From the NCBI GenBank assembly GCA_965208575.1, contig CBDBOV010000001.1:472783-536782 (forward strand): a DNA stretch of 64,000 bases, written 5' to 3'. This DNA is from Spirochaetia bacterium (lineage in GTDB: Bacteria > Spirochaetota > Spirochaetia > SZUA-6 > Bin103). This document shows, one piece after another, positions 29,797 through 39,116 of the stretch (position 1 is the first letter of the stretch; each line of letters starts with the position of its first letter). The notes under the pieces were generated by a model that did no database searches, had not been told where the DNA came from, and saw only the letters and a list, made by a program, of their open reading frames with translations. The position numbers and the translations under genes were made by a program.

Positions 29797-29823
29797 GATG
29801 GCGTTCCGCGAGGAGGCGGAACG

Positions 29824-30684
29824 ATGAAAACAGTTCCCGGCGCGTACGCGCTGATCACCGGAGCGAGTCAGGGGTTGGGCAGGGCGCTCGCCGAGGAGTG
29901 CGCCCGGCGCAGGATGCACCTGCTGCTGGTCGCGCTTCCGCAGACCGGTCTGCGGGAACTCAGCGCCGAAATCGCCGCCCGGTACGGCGTCGAGTCTCAC
30001 TACCTGGAACAGGACCTGACCGATCCCTCGGGGCCCGAGCAGGTCTCGCATTGGGTCACGGCTCACGGCTGGAACCTGCGGGTGCTGATCAACAACGCCG
30101 GCGTGAGCACGCATGGTCTGTTCGAGGACACCTCGCTGGAGAGCAACGAGCGGGTGATGAACCTCAACATGGCCGCGGTCGTCAGGACCACGCACCTGCT
30201 CATCCCGACCCTCAAAGCCCGCCGGCCGTCGTACGTTCTGAACGTGGCGAGCCTGGCCGCCATGGGTCCCATGCCCTACATGCCGGTCTACGCGGCGTCC
30301 AAGGCGTTCGTGCTCAGCTTTACGCTCGCGCTGCGCGAGGAGCTCTGGCGGTCGGGGATCCGGGTCAGCGTGCTCTGCCCCGGCGGCATGCCGACCAACG
30401 GCGATTCCGCGCGGCGCATCGGCGCCAACGGGTGGGGCGGCAGGCTGTCCGCGGTACGCCCCGGGCGCGTCGCCAGGATCGCGCTGGCGCGCACGCTGCG
30501 CGGTCGCGCGTGCATCATCCCGGGCTGGCTCAACAGGATCGTCGCCGTCGCGAGCAGCGTAACGCCGCGCACGCTGTTCACCCGTTCCGCCGGCAACCAG
30601 TTCGAGCGCGCCGAACTGCGCCTGCAACGCAGGAGTGCGGCGCTCAAGCCGGCCGCGGCGGGCCCCGGCGTTTCATGGAGGTGA
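29824..30684 (+). CDS. SDR family oxidoreductase
   Basis: TGASQGLG, NNAG, YAASK; AGGAGG RBS. Confidence 0.92.
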   Translation: MKTVPGAYALITGASQGLGRALAEECARRRMHLLLVALPQTGLRELSAEIAARYGVESHYLEQDLTDPSGPEQVSHWVTAHGWNLRVLINNAGVSTHGLFEDTSLESNERVMNLNMAAVVRTTHLLIPTLKARRPSYVLNVASLAAMGPMPYMPVYAASKAFVLSFTLALREELWRSGIRVSVLCPGGMPTNGDSARRIGANGWGGRLSAVRPGRVARIALARTLRGRACIIPGWLNRIVAVASSVTPRTLFTRSAGNQFERAELRLQRRSAALKPAAAGPGVSWR

Positions 30685-30689
30685 CGGAG

Positions 30690-31580
30690 ATGGCGAACGG
30701 GCACAACACGGCGCAACGCGCCACCGCAGGGCCCACGCGCGCGGTGCAGCGCGCAGCGACCGCGCGCAGGATCTTCGTGACGGGAGCGAGCACCGGCATC
30801 GGCCGCGCCATCGTCGAGCACCTGGCCGCGCGCGGCGACCACCTGTTCGCCGGCGCGCGCAGCGACCGCGCCCTCGGCGAACTCGGCAGGCTGCCGAACG
30901 TGGTCCCGGTGCGGCTGGACGTGACGCAGGCCGACAGCGTGGACGCGGCGGTCGCCCGCGTGCGCGAGCTGACCGGCACCCTCGATGCGCTGGTGAACAA
31001 CGCCGGCTCGGTGGTAGCGGGTCCGCTGATGGATGTCACGCCGGAGGCGATGAGCGCGCAGTTGGAGGTCAACCTGGTAGGCGTGCACCGGGTCACGCGC
31101 GCCTTCTTTCCGCTTCTGCTTGCGGCGAAGGGCCACGTCGTGAACATCTCCTCGACCGGGGGCCGGGTCGCGCTGCCGTTCATGGGTCCGTACGTGGCGA
31201 GCAAGTTCGGCCTGGAGGCGTTCTCGGACTCGCTGCGGCGCGAGCTGGCGCCGTGCGGGGTGCAGGTGAGCGTGATCCAGCCGGGAGCGATCCGCACCCC
31301 GATCTGGGACAAGACCGACCCGCACGACGCGCGCCTCGACGGCTCGATGTTCGCGCCACGGGCGCGCGCCTTCGGCCGGCTGATGCTGGAGCGCGCCCGC
31401 ACCGGCGGCCGTCCGCCGGCCACCATTGCGCGCGCCGTGCACCGGGTGCTCGGCAGCCGCCGGCCCCGGCCGCGCTACCTGGTGACCGAGGCCAACCTCA
31501 TGACCCGCATCGCCGGCCTGCTGCCGGACCGGTGGCTGGACTTCGCCATCAGCCGTGCCATTCGGGGTGGTTCGCAATGA
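30690..31580 (+). CDS. SDR family oxidoreductase (retinol/17beta-HSD-like)
   Basis: TGASTGIG, NNAG, YVASK, SDSLRREL. Confidence 0.92.
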   Translation: MANGHNTAQRATAGPTRAVQRAATARRIFVTGASTGIGRAIVEHLAARGDHLFAGARSDRALGELGRLPNVVPVRLDVTQADSVDAAVARVRELTGTLDALVNNAGSVVAGPLMDVTPEAMSAQLEVNLVGVHRVTRAFFPLLLAAKGHVVNISSTGGRVALPFMGPYVASKFGLEAFSDSLRRELAPCGVQVSVIQPGAIRTPIWDKTDPHDARLDGSMFAPRARAFGRLMLERARTGGRPPATIARAVHRVLGSRRPRPRYLVTEANLMTRIAGLLPDRWLDFAISRAIRGGSQ

Positions 31581-32386
31581 GCGGCTTCAGCCTCGATGCG
31601 GCGGCGCTCCTGCAGCGGTGGGCGGCGACCGTGTCCGCGAGCTACGGCGTGAACCCGTACCTGTTCATCGCACTGACGACGATCTGCGCACCCGCGTTCT
31701 ACTATTCGATCTACCGCCTGACCAAGGCGCTGGCGACCAGGCAGCGCCGCCACGTGTCCACGTGGAGCTCGGTATTCCTCGGCGCATCGGCACTCCCGTA
31801 CGGCTACGTGCTGGTGTCTGGCCGCAACCTGCCGTGGTGGATCTACCTGGCCCTCGGTATCCTGCTTGCCCAGGGCTTCGCGTCCCTGGTGCGCAAGCTG
31901 ACGAGCCGGCCGGGAATACGTCCCACCGGTGGGACGGGCCGCCGATCCCTGGCTTCAGTCGATCCAGATGTCGACGCGGTAGCCGCGGTCGCCGTCGGCG
32001 ACCTCCAGCACCGTGCCCACGGTACCGGAGGCGATCGCTTCCTGAACCCGTTCCAGGTCGTCCGCGGAGATGCCGGCGCACGCCAGTTCCGCGGCGATCT
32101 CCTCGTGCGCCGCGAGCCGCGCGGCGAACTTCGCGAGCAACGCCGGCAGCGTGACGTGCACGCGCTGCGCACCGGTGGCCGAGTCGGTCACCCGGATGTG
32201 CAACCTGCCGCTTCCGCCACCGTCGGGCCGGGCGGGCGCAGCGGGCGCCTCCCGCACCGCGTCCAGCAGCCGCGCCGCCTCCGCGGCGGAAATCTTCCCC
32301 TCCTCCAACAGGGAGAGGATCTGCATCCGTTCTTCGTTCATCATCTGCCTCCCTTGGTGCCGAGCCCGACCCGCCCGCGGTCATAA
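31577..32386 (+). CDS. Small membrane protein (~115-aa core) with apparent read-through extension
   Basis: ATGA overlap with the SDR stop. YGVNPYLF and three TM helices. The tail runs antisense over 31955-32344. Confidence 0.55.
   Translation: MSGFSLDAAALLQRWAATVSASYGVNPYLFIALTTICAPAFYYSIYRLTKALATRQRRHVSTWSSVFLGASALPYGYVLVSGRNLPWWIYLALGILLAQGFASLVRKLTSRPGIRPTGGTGRRSLASVDPDVDAVAAVAVGDLQHRAHGTGGDRFLNPFQVVRGDAGARQFRGDLLVRREPRGELREQRRQRDVHALRTGGRVGHPDVQPAASATVGPGGRSGRLPHRVQQPRRLRGGNLPLLQQGEDLHPFFVHHLPPLVPSPTRPRS
31955..32344 (-). CDS. SHOCT-like/YvlB-type N-terminal domain protein
   Basis: EERMQILSLLEEGKISAAEAARLLDA; GGGAGG RBS. Confidence 0.8.
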   Translation of the reverse strand: MMNEERMQILSLLEEGKISAAEAARLLDAVREAPAAPARPDGGGSGRLHIRVTDSATGAQRVHVTLPALLAKFAARLAAHEEIAAELACAGISADDLERVQEAIASGTVGTVLEVADGDRGYRVDIWID

Positions 32387-32470
32387 TACTCTACCGGGTG
32401 CCCCACCGGCCCTGGCCGACGTGACCCGAACGTCTGCGCACTGACGACCGTGGCCCGATGCTGGCGTGCC

Positions 32471-32668
32471 TCAGCCGCCGGCGGCGTACTGCTGCAACGC
32501 GCGCACCGCCCAGTAGCCGAGCGTGGCCGGCCAGAATGCGCCGGAGATGATCGCCATCGGAATCGATGCCGAGGCTGCCGCGGCGATGCCGACGCCGATG
32601 CCGACCAGTATGTAGGTGCCACCGCTGACGCTGGTGGTGATGTGCCCGCCCTGTCTGCCGTTGGTCAT
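32471..32668 (-). CDS. Small hydrophobic hypothetical protein (65 aa)
   Basis: ATG 32668, two hydrophobic segments, GC3-rich codons. Confidence 0.5.
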   Translation of the reverse strand: MTNGRQGGHITTSVSGGTYILVGIGVGIAAAASASIPMAIISGAFWPATLGYWAVRALQQYAAGG

Positions 32669-32779
32669 GATCCCAAGGGAACCGGACCTCCGCACGAACG
32701 TCAATCGGCGCCACGCCCTCCCACGCCCTCTCCGTGACGCGGCTCGGCGGCGGCGCCGCGGCGCTGATAGAATGGCGGT

Positions 32780-33736
32780 ATGGCTGACGTGCGGATGGCA
32801 GCGGCGCGTACGGTGGGGCGGCGCCGCGGACGGCTGCTGGCGCGGATTCGCGGCAACTGGCAGCTCTACCTGATCCTGTCGGTCCCCATCGCCTTCTTCG
32901 TGATCTTTCACTACCTGCCGATGTACGGCGCGCAGATCGCGTTCCGGGAGTTCATCGCCATCAAGGGCATCTGGGGCAGCCCGTGGGTGGGCGTCGACCA
33001 GTTCGTCAAGTTCTTCCGCTCCTACCAGTTCACGCGCGTGGTGGGCAACACCGCCGGCATCGCCGTCTACACCCTGGTGGCGGGGTTTCCCATCCCGATC
33101 ATCCTGGCGCTGCTGATCAACAACTCGGAGGCGCCGCGCTTCAAGAAGACCGCGCAGATGGTCACCTATGCGCCGCACTTCATCTCCACGGTGGTGATGG
33201 TGGGGTTGCTGCTGCAGTTCCTGTCGCCCCGCTACGGCGCCGTGAACGCGCTGATCAAGGCGCTCGGCTTCGAGCCGGTGCACTTCATGGGCGAGGCCGG
33301 CATGTTCTGGAGCGTGTACGTGTGGTCGGGCATCTGGCAGGAGGCGGGCTGGGGCACGATCATCTTCCTGGCGGCGCTGGCGAGCATCGATCCCACCCTG
33401 CACGAGGCGGCGATCGTGGACGGGGCGAGCAAGCTGCAGCGCACCTGGCGCATCGACGTGCCCGGCATCCTGCCCACCGCGGTGGTGCTGCTGATCCTGC
33501 GCATGGGCCAGCTCATGAACGTCGGCTTCGAGAAGGCGCTCCTGATGCAGAACCCGCTCAACCTGCAGGCCTCCGAGATCATCCAGACGTTCGTGTACAA
33601 GATCGGCATCGAGTCCAACCTGCCGGCGTACTCCTACTCGTCGGCGATCGGCCTGTTCAACTCGGTGATCAACTTCGCGCTCATCATCACCGTCAACGAG
33701 ATCGCCAAGCGGGTGAGCAACACCAGCCTGTGGTGA
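32780..33736 (+). CDS. Carbohydrate ABC permease (LplB-like)
   Basis: YAPHFISTVV, HEAAIVDGASK, IGLFNSVIN. Confidence 0.93.
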   Translation: MADVRMAAARTVGRRRGRLLARIRGNWQLYLILSVPIAFFVIFHYLPMYGAQIAFREFIAIKGIWGSPWVGVDQFVKFFRSYQFTRVVGNTAGIAVYTLVAGFPIPIILALLINNSEAPRFKKTAQMVTYAPHFISTVVMVGLLLQFLSPRYGAVNALIKALGFEPVHFMGEAGMFWSVYVWSGIWQEAGWGTIIFLAALASIDPTLHEAAIVDGASKLQRTWRIDVPGILPTAVVLLILRMGQLMNVGFEKALLMQNPLNLQASEIIQTFVYKIGIESNLPAYSYSSAIGLFNSVINFALIITVNEIAKRVSNTSLW

Positions 33737-33761
33737 GGCGGGCGAGGGGGGTCATGAGGCG

Positions 33762-34649
33762 ATGGCCATAGAACGCAGCCAAGGCGACCGCGTCTACCAG
33801 TGGTGCAACAACGCCCTGCTGGCGCTCGCCATCGCGGTGGTGCTGTATCCGCTGATCTACGTGCTGTCGGCGTCGTTCAGCTCCACGCGGGCGGTGCTCG
33901 GCGGGCGGGTGTGGCTGTGGCCGGTGGAGCCGACCCTGCTCGGCTACCAGACCATCTTCGACTACGCGCTGATCTGGCGCGGCTACGCCAACACCGTGTT
34001 CTATACCTTCTTCGGCACCATCATCAACGTGGTGCTGACCATCATGGCCGCCTACCCGCTGTCACGGCGCGACCTGGTGGGCCGCAGCCTGTTCATGTTC
34101 CTGATCACCTTCACGATGATTTTTTCCGGCGGGCTGATTCCGACCTACCTGCTGGTGCGCGAGTTGGGGATGATCAACACGCGCTGGGTGATGATGATCC
34201 CCAACGCGATCGCCGCCTGGAACGTGATCATTACCCGCACCTACTACCAGACCACCATCTCCGACGAGCTGCTGGAGGCGGCGCAACTCGACGGCTGCAG
34301 CGACGCCCGCTTCATCTGGCAGATCGTGGTGCCGCTGTCGGGCGCCATCACCGCCGTCAACACCCTGTTCTACGCCGTCGGCCACTGGAACGCGTTCTTC
34401 AATGCCTTCATCTACCTCAACGACGACCGCCTGTTCCCGCTGCAGATCGTGCTGCGCGAGATCCTGATCGCCAACGACATCGACCTGGAGCTGACCGGCG
34501 ACGTGATCGACGACGAAGCGCGCCAGGGCCTGCGCGAGCTGCTCAAGTTCTCGCTCATCGTGGTGGCCAGCGTCCCGGTGCTGATGATGTACCCCTTCGT
34601 CCAGAAGTACTTCGTCCGCGGCGTCATGATCGGCTCCATCAAGGGCTAA
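33762..34649 (+). CDS. Carbohydrate ABC permease (LplC-like)
   Basis: GGLIPTYL, EAAQLDG, YPFVQKYFVRGVMIGSIKG. Confidence 0.93.
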   Translation: MAIERSQGDRVYQWCNNALLALAIAVVLYPLIYVLSASFSSTRAVLGGRVWLWPVEPTLLGYQTIFDYALIWRGYANTVFYTFFGTIINVVLTIMAAYPLSRRDLVGRSLFMFLITFTMIFSGGLIPTYLLVRELGMINTRWVMMIPNAIAAWNVIITRTYYQTTISDELLEAAQLDGCSDARFIWQIVVPLSGAITAVNTLFYAVGHWNAFFNAFIYLNDDRLFPLQIVLREILIANDIDLELTGDVIDDEARQGLRELLKFSLIVVASVPVLMMYPFVQKYFVRGVMIGSIKG

Positions 34650-34748
34650 GCAGCCCGTGGCGAAACTCCGGCTGCATTCGAGCGGCGATCCATCCCGTCT
34701 GGCTGCGTTGCTCCTCGCTCCCATATACACGGATATGCTCGTTCGTCG

Positions 34749-36746
34749 TCGCGCCAGGCCAAGCCTGGGGAAGGAGGAAGATGAAATAGACATCAGAAAC
34801 CTTTCTTAGCCACCCCGTGGGTAGCCAATCCCATCCGGTAAAGCATAGCAAGCAGCCGGAAGCGAGTCTTGCGTCGGCAGGGGCGACCCTGAGGGCGAAG
34901 CGTAGACAGCGACCGCAGAAGCCGTGTGATTGAGCCTCGAAAGGAGAATGCTCGCTGGGGCCTTCGTAGTCGACAATGCGGGGGCAGCACCGTACGTGCC
35001 GAAATGGCGAGGCACGGCGGCCCGGTCGGGGTCGGAGAGCAGGGCAGATGCGGAGCGGGTGGCCCAGGAACCTGGGAGAGCTCGATGTCTCCATGACGGG
35101 AGAGCCGGAGGGACGCCGGCACACCAACGTCCGGGCCTGCACGGGAGAGCGCCCGTGAACGTGCAGGAGCGAAGCAGCGGGTGCGGTCGTGGTACCGCCA
35201 AGCGAAGGCAACGAAGCGCGGCGGGAAGGGCAACGAGCAGTCTTAGCGCCCCCATAGTACCGAGGAAGCGGGGGAACGGTCGCCGCACCGGACCCGGCGG
35301 AGGGAAGGAGGGCGTCAAGTCGTAGAACTGGTGCGGGGAAACATGGAGGATGCGATGGAATCCGGGAACGTGTTAACGAAACAGCAGCAGATAGCAGAGA
35401 ACGCGAGAATCCACGCCGGCGTGGCATTCACGTCGCTGGCGTATCACATGGATCTGGAGTGGCTGTACGAAGCCTACCGGCGTACCCGGAAGGATGGTGC
35501 AGTTGGAGTTGACGAACAGACTGCCGAGCAGTACGGGGAGAACCTGGAGCAGAATTTGAAATCACTGCTGGAGCGGGCGAAGGCGGGAACGTACCGCGCG
35601 CCGCCGGTAAGGCGGGCGCACATTCCGAAAGGGAAGGGCGGAGAAACCCGCCCGATCGGGATACCGACCTTCGAGGACAAGGTACTTCAGCGGGCGGTAC
35701 AGATGCTGCTTGAGCCCCTGTACGAGCGAGACTTTCTAAGCTGTGCACACGGCTTTCGCCCGAAGCGATCGCCGCACACGGCGCTGCAAGCACTCTGGGA
35801 CCAGATGATGGGTCAAGGGGGCGGTTGGGTGATAGACCTGGACATACGAAAGTATTTCGACACGCTGTCACACGCTACCATGCGCACGATTCTGGCACAG
35901 CGGATGCGAGATGGAGTGATCACACGATTGATCGGAAAATGGCTAAAGGCAGGGGTCATGGAAGATGGCTCAGTGACCTACCCGGAGCAGGGGACACCGC
36001 AAGGTGGCGTACTATCGCCGTTGCTCAGCAATGTTTATCTGCACGAGGTACTCGACCGATGGTTCTATGAGGTGGTCCGACCGCGCCTGCGGGGGCGGGC
36101 GTTCCTGGTGCGTTTTGCGGACGATGCGGTACTGACGTTCAGCGACCGGCGCGATGCCGAGAACGTGCTGCGCGTGTTACCAAAGCGCTTCGCGAAGTAC
36201 GGGTTGACCGTGCACGAGGAAAAGACACGGATGCTTCAGTTTCGACCGCCGGGAGGGAACGCGACAGCCCACCACGGGGCGAGTTTTCCATTCTTGGGAT
36301 TCACGCACTATTGGGGGCGCTCGCGCAACGGGAAGTGGATCGTGAAGCGGAAAACCGCCTCCGACCGGCTGACCCGTGCGTTACGAGCACTCGCCGTGTG
36401 GTGTAAGCGCCATCGGCACGAGCCTCTGCGGGCGCAGCAAGCGGCCCTCCGGCGCAAGCTGCTGGGCCACTATGGGTATTACGGCATTACCGGCAATGGG
36501 CGCTCGTTGGGGTACTTCCACGACGCCGCCAAGCGCCTCTGGTTGAAGTGGCTGAACCGGCGCGGTGGACGACGCCTCACGTGGGCCTGCTTTGCGCGGT
36601 TGCTGGCCCGATATCCGCTGCCGGCCGTTCGTGTCGTCCAGTCCATCTATGCAGCGAACTCTACGACCTGAGGAACCGTGTGCGTCAATCGCGCTCGCAC
36701 GGGACTGTGGGGGCCTGGGGCGGGCAACCGCCCTGGGCTACCCGGA
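34749..36746 (+). mobile_element. Group II intron (RT/maturase without endonuclease; resembles bacterial class E)
   Basis: Domain I motifs (cgaagcgtagacag, aggaacctgggag), domain III catagtaccgaggaag, domain V gaaccgtgtgcg...cgcacgg at ~36673, domain VI hairpin with bulged A. Ends deduced from the empty MITE copy. Confidence 0.9.
35331..36671 (+). CDS. ltrA: Group II intron reverse transcriptase/maturase
   Basis: RPIGIPTFEDK, GFRP, GTPQGG, RFADD, FLGF, maturase X domain, no HNH. Start may be ATG 35343 or 35355. Confidence 0.95.
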   Translation: MRGNMEDAMESGNVLTKQQQIAENARIHAGVAFTSLAYHMDLEWLYEAYRRTRKDGAVGVDEQTAEQYGENLEQNLKSLLERAKAGTYRAPPVRRAHIPKGKGGETRPIGIPTFEDKVLQRAVQMLLEPLYERDFLSCAHGFRPKRSPHTALQALWDQMMGQGGGWVIDLDIRKYFDTLSHATMRTILAQRMRDGVITRLIGKWLKAGVMEDGSVTYPEQGTPQGGVLSPLLSNVYLHEVLDRWFYEVVRPRLRGRAFLVRFADDAVLTFSDRRDAENVLRVLPKRFAKYGLTVHEEKTRMLQFRPPGGNATAHHGASFPFLGFTHYWGRSRNGKWIVKRKTASDRLTRALRALAVWCKRHRHEPLRAQQAALRRKLLGHYGYYGITGNGRSLGYFHDAAKRLWLKWLNRRGGRRLTWACFARLLARYPLPAVRVVQSIYAANSTT

Positions 36747-36781
36747 CGCCTTGCCAGCCGGGCGCCTCGCCGCTCTCGGTG

Positions 36782-37960
36782 CTACGCCGGGTTCCACCAC
36801 GGGCTGCTAGCCGGCAAGCTGGCGTCTGGCGCTGGCGGGGCGTGGTCGACGACGTGGGTCATCAGCGACGGGATGCCGGCCATCCAGACGACCGGCGGCA
36901 GTTGCCCCGGCGGGGTCCATATGTAACCCAGCCGGTGCAACTCCTCGCGCGCGGCCAGCCGGGCAGCGGCGTCGGCGCCGGTCGTGGCCAGGGCCGCGTC
37001 GATGGCGTGGTCGGAGACGGCGGCGCCGGATTGGAACAGCGGCGCCGTCGCCGCGGCCGCGGGCAGCAGGCCGCGCCCCTCCAGTTCGCGATAGCGATCC
37101 TGGTAGTAGTCGGTAACCCTGGCGGCCACGTCGGCGCGCGCCGCGTCCGCGTGCGCGGTGGTGAGCCGCGTCGCGCCGGTGGCCAGGCGCTGCTGCCAAA
37201 GGGCGCGCCCCCAAACCTGGATGAAGTACGGGTAGCACTGGCTGTCCTCGACTACCGCATCGACGGCATCGGCGTCGATCGCCACGCCGTGGGCGCGCAG
37301 CGGCTCGACCAGGGCGGCGCGCGCGGCCGCGGCGCTCAGCAGACCGATGCCCAGGCGGCCTTCGTCCAGCCGACTCCAGAAGGACGCGTTCATGGCGCCG
37401 AGATGCGCCGCCAAACCCGGCGTGCCGGCGAGCACCAGCAGGAACGGGGCGTCGCCGCGCACCTGTTGACTGGCGTTGAGCAGCGTTCTGCCCACCCCGA
37501 GATCGAGCGTGTGCGCCTCGTCGAGCAGCACGGCAAGCGGTTTCTTGCGGCACCGAGCGGTCAATTCCGCCCGCAGGTTCCGCACGCCCCCGGACGGCGG
37601 CGCCCATTCGACCGAACCCACGGCCGCCACACCCACCTTCCGGGGCAGCAGTTTCATCACCGCGGACGACGGCGACAGGACGTCGATCAGCGCTTCCCGC
37701 GTGGAGATGTCGTCGGGTGTCGCGGCCACCACGTCCACTTCCGTAGCGTGGTCGCGGCAGGTGCGCTCGAACCAGCCTAGCAGCACGGTCTTGCCGTTGC
37801 CGCGCGGCCCGGTCAGGACGACGTCGTGCGGCGGGGACGTGCCGCCGAGCAGGTCTGTCAGACACCGGGTCAGTACTGCCTGCTCCCGTTCGCGCCCGGT
37901 AAGCGCCGGCGGCATGGCACCCGTACCGGGAGTGAATACGCGCTGTTGCGCCTCCGTCAT
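36782..37960 (-). CDS. AAA+ ATPase (AAA_16-like)
   Basis: FTPGTG..PPALTGRE, Walker A GPRGNGKT, Walker B LLDEAH, YPYFIQ. Confidence 0.85.
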   Translation of the reverse strand: MTEAQQRVFTPGTGAMPPALTGREREQAVLTRCLTDLLGGTSPPHDVVLTGPRGNGKTVLLGWFERTCRDHATEVDVVAATPDDISTREALIDVLSPSSAVMKLLPRKVGVAAVGSVEWAPPSGGVRNLRAELTARCRKKPLAVLLDEAHTLDLGVGRTLLNASQQVRGDAPFLLVLAGTPGLAAHLGAMNASFWSRLDEGRLGIGLLSAAAARAALVEPLRAHGVAIDADAVDAVVEDSQCYPYFIQVWGRALWQQRLATGATRLTTAHADAARADVAARVTDYYQDRYRELEGRGLLPAAAATAPLFQSGAAVSDHAIDAALATTGADAAARLAAREELHRLGYIWTPPGQLPPVVWMAGIPSLMTHVVDHAPPAPDASLPASSPWWNPA

Positions 37961-38295
37961 GCCGGCGAATACGGCACCACGGCGACTCCCTGCAGACGAG
38001 AAGCCGAATCCGCGGTCAAGCTTCGTGACACCGAGGCAAGCGATTGAGCCATCAGGTTGTCGTCCATGGTGGATCATCGGCCAAGGCAAGTCAAGCTCAG
38101 TTCGCTCAGCCCCGCGGGGCGCGCCGCGATCCTTGCCATCGAGAGCTGGCGCACAAGCGCTCGCGATGCGGGGTCCGTCCGGGCCGTCCTCCGGAGCGCC
38201 ATGTTGAACGGCACCCGGCATTTCGGTAAGGTTTCAAGCGCCCCGGCACGGCGATGAACGGCTCAGCCGACCGGCTGGGAACATGGAGTGTTTCG

Positions 38296-38733
38296 ATGAG
38301 TACGGTTCTCGACGAAGTCACCAGCGAAGCCATAGACGCGACGCACGTACGGCGGCGCGTCGATGACTGGGAAGAGCGCTTGAACGGACTCTACGAGACG
38401 ATCGGTGACTGGTTGCCGGACGGGTGGGTCGCCCGGCGCGGCGCCCCGGTGCTCATGCACGAAAAGCTGATGCGCAAGTTCGGTGTCGCGTCGAGACCGA
38501 TGCCCACGCTCGAGCTCCACGACCGGACCGGCCAGTTCGTCAAGCTTGAACCGCATGCATTGTGGATCATCGGCAACAACGGCCGGGTCGACGTGAGACG
38601 CGACGGTCGCCGCTTCCTCATCGTCGATGCGGCCGACAACTTCGAAGAACCGGACTGGCAGGTGGCTCGCGACGACCAGCGGCGCCGCCTCGAGTCCGTC
38701 ACGCGCGATTGGCTGATACGGTTCCTGGGGTGA
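38296..38733 (+). CDS. Hypothetical protein
   Basis: ATG with GGAG RBS, natural amino-acid composition, GTGA overlap with the next ORF. Confidence 0.7.
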   Translation: MSTVLDEVTSEAIDATHVRRRVDDWEERLNGLYETIGDWLPDGWVARRGAPVLMHEKLMRKFGVASRPMPTLELHDRTGQFVKLEPHALWIIGNNGRVDVRRDGRRFLIVDAADNFEEPDWQVARDDQRRRLESVTRDWLIRFLG

Positions 38734-38906
38734 GCGACCTTCAGGCCATCGCGGAATCCTACCAACGGATCGACAGCTATCTCGGAGACTTGCGCGATAG
38801 CGTGCGCAACCAGATCGCCCACGGCACTCTTCTCTCCGAACGCATCGACGTGTCCAGCGAGATACAGGACTTCTTTCGTATTCGGTCATCGCTGGCGCGG
38901 GAGTGA
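38730..38906 (+). pseudogene. Internally deleted HEPN-domain remnant
   Basis: 58 aa containing RNQIAHG (RX4H), too short for a full HEPN fold. Confidence 0.55.
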
Positions 38907-39116
38907 GCGACATGGCCGGCCGATCGTAGTGGTTGGAGGCCCGCAAGCGGCCGCGGGTCGCGGTGTGCGGACCGGTCAGTCGACCAGCGGCAGGGTGGCC
39001 GTTGCGGTGAGGCCCTTCATCGTCTGGTCGGCGTGGCGGATCATCGTGTCCGGGTCGGCCGCGTCGTTGGAGTTGTCCATGTCCATGCCGGTGCACGTAG
39101 CGCGTTCGTCGATCCG

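Larger units (their letters stand above)
34650..36807. mobile_element. MITE/REP-like element interrupted by a group II intron
   Basis: Perfect 11-bp terminal inverted repeats gcagcccgtgg/ccacgggctgc. The two halves rejoin to match the copy at 19642-19796. Confidence 0.8.

Noticed and set aside
35331-36671. RT as a retron, DGR or defence-associated RT
   Set aside because: Maturase domain plus intron domains I-III upstream and V/VI directly after the stop identify a group II intron.
38976-39086. Minus-strand peptide DAADPDTMIRHADQTM resembling a GGDEF C-terminal relic
   Set aside because: Too short to support without a search.
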